A stretch of DNA of 64,000 nt, from NCBI GenBank assembly GCA_963779415.1, contig CAVZYA010000001.1:512001-576000 (forward strand), in the 5' to 3' direction. Origin of the DNA: an uncultured Acidobacteriota bacterium. Lineage in GTDB: Bacteria; Acidobacteriota; Thermoanaerobaculia; UBA5066. The notes beneath the pieces were generated by a model. It made no database searches. It was not told where the DNA came from and saw only the letters and a list, made by a program, of their open reading frames with translations. A program made the position numbers and the translations under genes. This document shows positions 19,418 to 26,978 of the stretch, in pieces (the stretch's first letter is position 1; every line of letters starts with the position of its first letter).

Positions 19418-20518
19418 GTGGAACGGATTTCGCCGCAACGCCGCCGGGAGATCGGGGAGAGAGTCGGCGCATTCCGCGAGAGCCAGGTCGGCGACGCCGT
19501 CAATCAGATTCTCGAGTTCGACAAGACGCCGGCCGACCTCAAGGCCTACATGGACCGGTTCGTCATCGGCCAGGAGCAGGGGAAGAAGATCATCTCCGTC
19601 GGCATCGCCTACCATTACCGGAGGCTCGCGGCGGCCCTCAGGCGCGCCGTCGTCGAGAACGGCGAGGAGCTGGGCGCCGCCTTGCACGGCGCGGCCACGC
19701 CGAAGGCCAACATCCTGATCGTGGGGCCCCCCGGCTGCGGGAAGACCTACACGGGCGAGGTCGCCTCCCGGCTCGTGGGGGTGCCGTTCGCCGTGGAGGA
19801 CCTGACGAAGTTCAGCGAAACGGGCTACGTGGGCCAGAACGTGAGCGACATCCTCCTGGACCTGCTGATCGCGGCCGGCGGCAACCCCCAGGTGGCCCAG
19901 ATGGGCATCGTCTACCTGGACGAGATCGACAAGATCGCCGCCGAGCCGATCGTCTCGAAGGACGTGTCGGGGCGCGGGGTCCAGAAGGGGCTCCTCAAGC
20001 TCGTCGAGGGGGCCGAGAACACCATCGACCTGGGCCAAGAACGGATCTCCCTTTCCACCCGACACGTCCTGTTCATCGCAGGAGGCGTGTTCGAGGGGCT
20101 GGAAGGAACCGTCGGAAAGCGGATGGAAAGGGATCGTCTCGAAGGCGAGTGGAAGGACCACCTCCTCACGGACGACTTCGTCGGCTGCGGGATGGAGCGG
20201 CAGCTCATGGGGAGGTTCCCCGTTCGGGCCGTCTACGACCCGCTCAGCGTCGAAGACCTCAAGAACATCCTGCTCGAGAGCGAGGAGAGTCCGTCCCGCG
20301 CCTACATCGACGACCTGAAGGCGTGGAACATCGAACTCCGGTTCACGGACGGCGCTCTCACGGAGGTCGCGAGGCGCGCGCAGCAGGATCGGACGGGCGC
20401 CCGGGGACTCATCGGCATCCTCCACAAGGTGCTTCTGGAGGACATGTACCGGCTTCCGGGCGTCCACACCGGCGAGCTGGTGGTGGACGAGAAGTACATC
20501 CGGGAGCGGCTCGGGTGA
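19418..20518 (+). CDS. ClpX-like AAA+ ATPase lacking Zn-binding domain, RKH loop and IGF loop
   Basis: VIGQ, Walker A GPPGCGKT, pore loop GYVG, Walker [20 protein letters not shown], sensor II TGARGL. Confidence 0.88.
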   Translation: MERISPQRRREIGERVGAFRESQVGDAVNQILEFDKTPADLKAYMDRFVIGQEQGKKIISVGIAYHYRRLAAALRRAVVENGEELGAALHGAATPKANILIVGPPGCGKTYTGEVASRLVGVPFAVEDLTKFSETGYVGQNVSDILLDLLIAAGGNPQVAQMGIVYLDEIDKIAAEPIVSKDVSGRGVQKGLLKLVEGAENTIDLGQERISLSTRHVLFIAGGVFEGLEGTVGKRMERDRLEGEWKDHLLTDDFVGCGMERQLMGRFPVRAVYDPLSVEDLKNILLESEESPSRAYIDDLKAWNIELRFTDGALTEVARRAQQDRTGARGLIGILHKVLLEDMYRLPGVHTGELVVDEKYIRERLG

Positions 20519-21321
20519 GATTCCGGGGGCTCTCGGAGCTGAAGCGCGCGCCATGCTTCGAGGCTCCCGTGGGAACCCTGCCGGAGTGGATCCGGATGAC
20601 GCGTCACTCCCTCGCGAAGGCCTTCAAGATCAACGAGCTCGTCCGGTCCGTCCACGGGGACAGCTACGAGTGGTACGGATTCACCGTCGCCGAGCGGAGC
20701 GATCCGGAGCTGGTCGTGGACGTTCTTCTTCCGGCCAACGACGAGAACTTCACGGACCACACCCGCGTCGCACCCGAGGCGATCGACGCGTCGAGAGAGT
20801 CCCTCCCCCGGGATCGGGTGATCAACGGCTGGATCCACTCCCACGGGGCCCTGCCGTACGAAGGGTTCTCCTTCGTGGACGAGAGGAACCAGGAGGCCGT
20901 GACCGATTACGTGAACACGCTTCTCAGGAAGCCGGTGGCCAAGAAGGAGATCCTGATCAGGGACCTCGCGATCCTCGTCGAGGGCCGCTTCTCGGAGAAG
21001 GAGCTGGAGCAGGGAAGCGTCGCGCTCATCACCGACGCCCCCGTCAAGGAGGCCCGGATCATCGAGACCATATACGGAAGCTTCTGCTTCGCCATCGTCA
21101 TCGGCGACGACGGCTGGCACAGGCAGCAGGTCCATTACCGCAGGCGGGGCATCCTTTCCGGGCAGACGACCGAGGAGAGCCGGGACACCGACATCGTCCT
21201 TTCGGGCGACGCGCGGCCGCTCACCGAGGCGGAGATCCAGATGCTGGCGGACGAGGTCCGCACCCGGATCCGGCCGGGCGTGGCCGTTCCACCCGAGCGG
21301 TTCGAGCGGGAGGCGACATAA
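20515..21321 (+). CDS. JAB/MPN+ (JAMM) metallo-isopeptidase
   Basis: Glu in YEWYGF plus GWIHSHG-x7-SFVD; GTG overlaps the ATPase stop (GTGA). Confidence 0.82.
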   Translation: MRFRGLSELKRAPCFEAPVGTLPEWIRMTRHSLAKAFKINELVRSVHGDSYEWYGFTVAERSDPELVVDVLLPANDENFTDHTRVAPEAIDASRESLPRDRVINGWIHSHGALPYEGFSFVDERNQEAVTDYVNTLLRKPVAKKEILIRDLAILVEGRFSEKELEQGSVALITDAPVKEARIIETIYGSFCFAIVIGDDGWHRQQVHYRRRGILSGQTTEESRDTDIVLSGDARPLTEAEIQMLADEVRTRIRPGVAVPPERFEREAT

Positions 21322-21358
21322 GGTCGGCGGCGGCCTGGGGCGAAGGGACGCGATCGGC

Positions 21359-22636
21359 ATGGAGACGGGACCGGCTCGCGAGAAGGCGCATGACCCGAGG
21401 CTGGACCGCCAGCTCCGGATCCCGAACTGGAACCAGCGGGCCCTCGAGGAGGCGCGGCTCGCCGTCTTCGGCGACGACGACCTTCTCGCCTCGCTCTACG
21501 TCCTCTCCGCCGCGGCCCTCGGCGTGAACGACGTCGTCCTGATCGCGCCCGCCTGGAATGAGAAGCTGATCGAAATCGCCCGCCAGCTCAATCCGAGGCT
21601 CAGGCTGGCCCTCCTCGAGGGGCTCCACACCCACCCGGTCCTGGAGGAGCTCTTCAGGCCCTGCACGGCCATCGTGGACCTCACCCGCTACGCTCTGGCC
21701 AACAAGCTTCTGCTGGAGACGGGCTACCGGTCGGGAATTCCGGTGATCCGTGGGTTCTGCCTCGAGAAAGACGGGTGGGAAGGGCTCTCCGTCTTCACCT
21801 ACAGGCGCGGCCGGGAGTGGGAGGAGCTCCGGGAGCTCGTCTCGCCCTCCAATCTTCCCTGCGACCACTTCGACGACGCGATTCTGGCCCTCGTCGCGGC
21901 CGGCATCGCCCTGGAAGAAACCAAGAACGTCATCATGGGACACCGGGTGTCGGAGGAGCTGATCGGCTACAGGCGGCCGAAGGTGGTTCCCCTGGAGCCC
22001 GACTCCGGCGTCATCATCGTCGGCGCCGGCGCCCTGGGTAACTTCGTCGGGCTCGGACTGGCCTGTACGGGGCTCCGGCGAATCACGGTCGTCGATCCCG
22101 ACGTGGTGGACGTGACTAACCTCAACAGGCAGGTGCTCCTGGCCGGCGGCGTAGGCCGAAGCAAGGCCGAGGTCCTCTGCGAGCGCCTGCACTCCCTCTT
22201 CGGAATCCGGGCGGAGGCCCGGGTGGCTTATTTCCGGAAGGACTCCGAGCTCGACGCCTCCGACGCTGTCTTCGATTGCGTGGACAACTTCGAGACCCGG
22301 GTGATCCTGAGTGAGAGGTGCCGGGAAGAGGGAAAGGTGCTCATCAGCGGCGGCACGGGCCCTCAGGCCGGACAGGTCATCGTGTTCGATCCGGCGCGCC
22401 CGAGCGAAACGCCCGCGGAGGTTCTGGGACTCTACGAAATCGTCGAGAGGCGGGAGATCGACGCCTTCCGGAGGGAGACGGCGTCCTGCGCCTACCAGCC
22501 CGATCCGTCCGTCGTCATGACGAATCAGATTATCGGAGGATTGATGGCCGATTCCTATCGTAGGCTCCTGGCCGGAGAGGAGACCCCGAATATCTTCTAC
22601 GATTCGAGGAACGACGCCCGGATCTTCGGGGGGTGA
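21359..22636 (+). CDS. E1-like (ThiF/MoeB/UBA) activating enzyme with tandem inactive and active adenylation domains
   Basis: N-half RLDRQLRI...AVFGDDDLL lacks GxGxxG; C-half IIVGAGALG, DPDVVDVTNLNRQ, GRSKA, DCVDN; candidate catalytic Cys in TASCAY. Confidence 0.88.
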   Translation: METGPAREKAHDPRLDRQLRIPNWNQRALEEARLAVFGDDDLLASLYVLSAAALGVNDVVLIAPAWNEKLIEIARQLNPRLRLALLEGLHTHPVLEELFRPCTAIVDLTRYALANKLLLETGYRSGIPVIRGFCLEKDGWEGLSVFTYRRGREWEELRELVSPSNLPCDHFDDAILALVAAGIALEETKNVIMGHRVSEELIGYRRPKVVPLEPDSGVIIVGAGALGNFVGLGLACTGLRRITVVDPDVVDVTNLNRQVLLAGGVGRSKAEVLCERLHSLFGIRAEARVAYFRKDSELDASDAVFDCVDNFETRVILSERCREEGKVLISGGTGPQAGQVIVFDPARPSETPAEVLGLYEIVERREIDAFRRETASCAYQPDPSVVMTNQIIGGLMADSYRRLLAGEETPNIFYDSRNDARIFGG

Positions 22637-22709
22637 TAGAGTCGCGGCGAATTGCGTCCTGACGTGATGCGACGGCGAAAGGCCGCGGATCAGGGCCGAA
22701 GGAGCCGAG

Positions 22710-23933
22710 ATGAGCAGCGAGAACGACGTCGCGCAGACTCAGGAGGACCAGCCGATCGGCTGGCAGCGCCTCGGCGACGTCCTGACACCGCCGATTCCCG
22801 GCTTCGAGGACCTCCTCTTCCTTCCGAGCCTCGACAATCAGTCCTCCAACATCTACGTCCTGCCGGGGGACTGCGTAACGATCGTGGACCCGGGGAACGA
22901 TTACACGGCCTTAATGGAGCTCTTCCCTGCGAGAGCCAGGCCCGAGGACGTCAGGAAGATCGTCCTGACGCACGGGCATTTCGACCACGCCATGGGGGCG
23001 CTCGAGTTCCTCAGGACGTATCCGGATCGCCCCACGGGCGCGCGCATCGAGCTGATCCTCCACGAAGGGGGTCCCGACCAGTTCAAGCAGACGGCGAGGG
23101 AGCAGGGCGCCTCCGTGACCGAGGTACGGGGCGGGGAGACTCTCGAGCTGAGCGGCCTTTCCTTCGACGTGATCTACACGCCAGGCCATACCATCGACGG
23201 CATCGCCCTCTATCACGCCCCCTCGAGGACCGTCTTCAGCGGCGACGTCGTGCTGCCGCTCGCGGTAGCCGGACCCGATCCCAAGGCCGGGGGAAGCCTG
23301 GACCAGTACCTGTTCGGGCTGAGGGCGTTGCTCGCGAGGGAGATCGAGAACGTCCTCCCGGGCCACGGCCCCGTCGTCGGCCCGGGCGGGAGGAAGGTCA
23401 TCGAGCAGACCTACGAGGCCGTCATGATGAAGCTCCTGGGGGTCGAGAAGCCGATCCCGTGGATCCAGGGTGCCATTCAGCTCGCGGAGCGCGGGCTGCT
23501 GGAAGAGGCCGTTTTCTGCGCCGGGAAAGAGCTGGCCCGCGACCCGGGGCACGCCAAGGCCCTCGAGCTCAAGGCCGTGTGCCTCAACGATCTCGGGCGG
23601 TCGTCTGAGGCCCTCGAGGTCCTGGATCGGCTGCAGGAGCTGCAGGCCGGCGACGATGCGTTCATCCACGTCGGCAGGGGATATGCCCTCATGGGGCTTG
23701 GCCAGTTCGAGGAGAGCGTCAAGTGCTTCGACGCCGCTCTCCGCATCACGCCGGGCCTGAGGGACGCGCTCGTCTACAAGGGGATGGCCCTCCATCTCTC
23801 GGGGAACCACGAGGAGGCCATGGACATCGAGCCCTTCAGGACGGAGTTCATGGGGCGGTTCCGGAGCGAGCTGCTCAAGGCGTCGCGGCCCGCCCCGAAG
23901 GATGGCCTCGCCGAAGGCACTGGAAAGGCCTGA
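22710..23933 (+). CDS. Metallo-beta-lactamase-fold hydrolase with C-terminal TPR repeats
   Basis: THGHFDH, TPGHT, FSGD, PGHG; TPR-like helices in the C-terminal third. Confidence 0.85.
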   Translation: MSSENDVAQTQEDQPIGWQRLGDVLTPPIPGFEDLLFLPSLDNQSSNIYVLPGDCVTIVDPGNDYTALMELFPARARPEDVRKIVLTHGHFDHAMGALEFLRTYPDRPTGARIELILHEGGPDQFKQTAREQGASVTEVRGGETLELSGLSFDVIYTPGHTIDGIALYHAPSRTVFSGDVVLPLAVAGPDPKAGGSLDQYLFGLRALLAREIENVLPGHGPVVGPGGRKVIEQTYEAVMMKLLGVEKPIPWIQGAIQLAERGLLEEAVFCAGKELARDPGHAKALELKAVCLNDLGRSSEALEVLDRLQELQAGDDAFIHVGRGYALMGLGQFEESVKCFDAALRITPGLRDALVYKGMALHLSGNHEEAMDIEPFRTEFMGRFRSELLKASRPAPKDGLAEGTGKA

Positions 23934-24058
23934 AAAAAGACTTCGAGATCCCGGGGCCAAGGGATAGACTCGCTCGCGTTTCACCCCAGATTCCGACCGC
24001 GGCCCGCGTCGCCGGCCTCTCCCGGCGAGCCGGGCAAGAGACAGGAGGAGACGTCGCC

Positions 24059-25732
24059 GTGAGCACGATTCCCGAAAACTATCTTCCCCCGAAGGAGTTC
24101 CAACCCGAGCGGATCTACAAGCTGAAGGAGTTCGCGAGCTACCCGGATCCGCTGAACAGCACCGAGGAGCTACTCGACAAACAGATCGCCGCGGGCCGGG
24201 GCGACAGCCCGGCGGTCCTCTTTGCGGACAAGGTCCTGACCTACAAGCAGCTTCTGGGGGCGTCCTGCAAGATCGGGAACGCGCTCCGGAAGCTGGGGGT
24301 CGAGGAGTCGGACCGGGTGTTGCTCCGCTCTCCGAACGTTCCGCCCGCCCTCTTCACGAACTTCGGGGTCCTGAGGCTCGGGGCGGTCATCGTCCCGACC
24401 TCTCACATGCTCTCCCCCCCGGAGATCATCCACATCGCCAACAACGCCGAGGCGAAGGTGATCGTGGTGGCGTCCGCGTTCCTCGAAGGGGTCATCAAGG
24501 CGCGCCCGAACCTGAAGACCGTCAAGCACGTCATCGTCTTCGGCGGCCAGCCCGAGGAGCTGAAGAAGCAGGATCTTCTCTGCTACGAGGAGCTCGTCGC
24601 GAACGAGGCGCCGGCCTTCGCCCCGGTACGCCGTCCGCGCAAAGCCGTCGCCGTTCTTCTTTACACCTCGGGCACGACCGGCCTGCCGAAAGGGACGGTC
24701 CACTACCAGGAAGAGGCCCTGATCGTTCCGGACACCTTCGGCAAGTACGGATGGAACGTCCAGCCGGAAGACATCATCTGCGGACCCGCGCCCATCTCGC
24801 TGGCCGGCGGATACTCGACCGTGGCGACGATCCCCTTCCGGTTCGGCGCCGCGGCCTCCCTGATTCCCAAATTCACGCCGGACGGGCTCTTCGAGACGGT
24901 CCAGAATCACAAGGTGACGATCCTGAGCGCCCTCCCCACGGCGTACCGCAAGATGCTCGAGGTTCCCGGCGCGGAGAAGAAATACAACCTCTCCACCCTC
25001 CGCGTCCTGACCGGTGGCGGTGAATCGCTGACCGCAAAAACCTACAACGACTGGAAGGGGCGCTTCGGCCAGGAGATCTACGAGGGGCTCGGCACGTCGG
25101 AGATGATGTACGTCTTCGTCTCGAGCGTGGTGACGCGGAAAGTCAAGCCCGGCGCGATCGGCACCGCCGTCCCCGGTTACGAGATCCAGGTCATCACCGA
25201 GGAGGGAAAGGTCGCCAAGCCCGGAGAGCTGGGCCGGCTTTACGCCCGCGGGCCGACGGGGACGCTCTACTGGCGCCCGTACGAGGACGGCGGCAGCATG
25301 CTGGAGAAGCAGAAAGCCGTCATCCGCGAGGGGTGGGTGCTCGTCGGGGACTTCTGCACGATAGACGACGACGGGTACCTCAGCTTCGTGTCGCGCCAGG
25401 AGGACCTGATCAAGAGCTCCGGCTACCGGATCGGACCCGAGGAGGTCGAGGACGCTCTTCTCAAGCACCCGGCCGTGGCGGACGCCGGCGTGATCGGGGT
25501 TCCGGACCCCGTCCGGGGCCACAACGTCAAGGCCTTCGTCCTCCTGAGGCCCGGACAGACGCCGAGCGACGAGCTGAAGCAGCAGATCATCGACAGTTGC
25601 CGAGATCACATCGCGATCTACAAGCTTCCCCGCATCATCGAATTCACGAGCGAACTCCCGCGCACCCTCCAGGGGAAGCTCCTCCGGCGGGTTCTGCGGG
25701 ACAAGGACAAGGGGGCGGCTCCCGCGAGCTAG
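24059..25732 (+). CDS. AMP-forming acyl-CoA ligase (benzoate/aminobenzoate-CoA ligase-like)
   Basis: YTSGTTGLPKG, YEGLGTSE, SGYRIGPEEVE, LPRTLQGK; AGGAGG plus GTG at 24059. Confidence 0.9.
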   Translation: MSTIPENYLPPKEFQPERIYKLKEFASYPDPLNSTEELLDKQIAAGRGDSPAVLFADKVLTYKQLLGASCKIGNALRKLGVEESDRVLLRSPNVPPALFTNFGVLRLGAVIVPTSHMLSPPEIIHIANNAEAKVIVVASAFLEGVIKARPNLKTVKHVIVFGGQPEELKKQDLLCYEELVANEAPAFAPVRRPRKAVAVLLYTSGTTGLPKGTVHYQEEALIVPDTFGKYGWNVQPEDIICGPAPISLAGGYSTVATIPFRFGAAASLIPKFTPDGLFETVQNHKVTILSALPTAYRKMLEVPGAEKKYNLSTLRVLTGGGESLTAKTYNDWKGRFGQEIYEGLGTSEMMYVFVSSVVTRKVKPGAIGTAVPGYEIQVITEEGKVAKPGELGRLYARGPTGTLYWRPYEDGGSMLEKQKAVIREGWVLVGDFCTIDDDGYLSFVSRQEDLIKSSGYRIGPEEVEDALLKHPAVADAGVIGVPDPVRGHNVKAFVLLRPGQTPSDELKQQIIDSCRDHIAIYKLPRIIEFTSELPRTLQGKLLRRVLRDKDKGAAPAS

Positions 25733-25759
25733 GCGCCGACCCCGGCGAGGAGGCCGGCC

Positions 25760-26572
25760 ATGGCGGTCGTCACGGTGTCGCGCGGAGCCGGGAGCAAGGG
25801 GCAGGCATTCGCCCGGCAGCTTGCCGACCGCCTTGGATACGAGCTCGTCAGCCGGGAGGACGTCGTTCAGGCGGCGGCTAAATCCGGCGTCCCCGCCGAG
25901 AGGTTGCAAAAAGCGCTTCTCGAGGCGCCCGGCTTCTGGGACAGGCTCACCCTCGACCGGAAGCGATATCTGGCGTTCGTCCAGGCGGCGCTTTCGGAGC
26001 GGGCCCGCAAGGACCGGATCGTCTACGAGGGGAACGCGGGACACCTGCTGCTCCGCGGCGTCTCGCACGTCGTCTGCATTCGTCTCCTGGCGCCGCTCTC
26101 GCACCGCGTCCAGACGGCCGTGGAAACTCTCGGGATGAGTCACGACGAAGCCGTTCGTTACATCGAGAGCTCGGATCACGAACGGGAGAACTGGACGCGC
26201 TTTCTCTACGGCGTGGACTGGCTCGATGCCGCCCTCTACGACGTCACCCTCAATCTGAGGACGCTCCTGATCGACGGCGCCGTCGAGGCGGCGCTGGCGG
26301 TCGTCCAGCGCCCGGAGTTCGCGCCGACCGGAGAGAGCCGGAGCGCGATGGAGAACCTCGTTCTGGAAAGCCGCGTGCAGGCGGCCCTCGCGTCCAATGG
26401 CGAGACCGCGGCGGCGGCGGTCCAGGTACATGCCGGGGACGGAGTCGTGTCGCTTCGGGGCCGGGTCCGCCCGGCCCGGATGGTCGACGCCGTCCTCGGC
26501 GTCGTCGGCCGCGTGGACGGTGTGAAGGAGATCGACTCGCGGGACCTCGGAGCGCCCGACTACACCGTTTAG
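25760..26572 (+). CDS. Cytidylate-kinase-like family protein with C-terminal BON domain
   Basis: VTVSRGAGSKG, IVYEG, RLLAP, YDVTLN; C-terminal GVVSLRG...VDGVKEI. Confidence 0.82.
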   Translation: MAVVTVSRGAGSKGQAFARQLADRLGYELVSREDVVQAAAKSGVPAERLQKALLEAPGFWDRLTLDRKRYLAFVQAALSERARKDRIVYEGNAGHLLLRGVSHVVCIRLLAPLSHRVQTAVETLGMSHDEAVRYIESSDHERENWTRFLYGVDWLDAALYDVTLNLRTLLIDGAVEAALAVVQRPEFAPTGESRSAMENLVLESRVQAALASNGETAAAAVQVHAGDGVVSLRGRVRPARMVDAVLGVVGRVDGVKEIDSRDLGAPDYTV

Positions 26573-26600
26573 GCGAGACGGCCGAAAATCTCCGTTCCCC

Positions 26601-26978
26601 TCAGGACTTCGGACCCCCCGTCAGGCTCACGATGAGGTCCCGAAGCTGCGTGATCTTGAACGGCTTGGGAATGAAATCCACCGCTCCGCTCCGCATCGCC
26701 TCGCGCGCCGTGTCGACGGTGGCGAAACCGGTGATGATGATCACCTTCGTCGCCGGCGCGTGCTCCTGCGCAAACCGGAGGACATCGATGCCGTCCGGCC
26801 CCTGCATCTTGAGATCCGTCACGAGGACGTCGAATTTCTCTTCCATCAGCCGGTCGATGACCTTCTGGCTGTCCGTGTAGGTCTCCACTTCGAAGCCGCT
26901 CTTCTCCAGCGCCGGCTTGAGCCTCTCGCACACGATGGGCTCGTCGTCGAGGATCAGGATCCTCCGTTTGCCTCTCAT
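26601..26978 (-). CDS. Single-domain response regulator
   Basis: ILDDE, phospho-Asp in VTDLKM, ITGFA, FIPKPF. Confidence 0.9.
   Translation of the reverse strand: MRGKRRILILDDEPIVCERLKPALEKSGFEVETYTDSQKVIDRLMEEKFDVLVTDLKMQGPDGIDVLRFAQEHAPATKVIIITGFATVDTAREAMRSGAVDFIPKPFKITQLRDLIVSLTGGPKS

Noticed and set aside
19418-20518. Housekeeping clpX or hslU
   Set aside because: No Zn-binding domain or IGF loop, no HslU I-domain, no clpP/tig/hslV context; gene symbol withheld
21359-22636. Ordinary ThiF/MoeB for thiamine or molybdopterin synthesis
   Set aside because: Duplicated domain architecture, no Zn CxxC pair or rhodanese domain, no thiG/moaE-type neighbours, and E2-like and JAB partners present
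16853-22636. CBASS type II (Cap2/Cap3) or a standard defence island
   Set aside because: No CD-NTase, effector or other recognisable defence or mobile genes nearby; E1 and E2-like are separate genes. A defence role is not excluded but is unsupported here
24170-26431. Long antisense or alternate-frame ORFs (e.g. 9342..10574-, 18875..20554-, 24170..26431-, 29331..31370+, 37675..39501+)
   Set aside because: Arg/Pro/Gly-rich shadows of well-supported genes, expected at high GC; no family motifs
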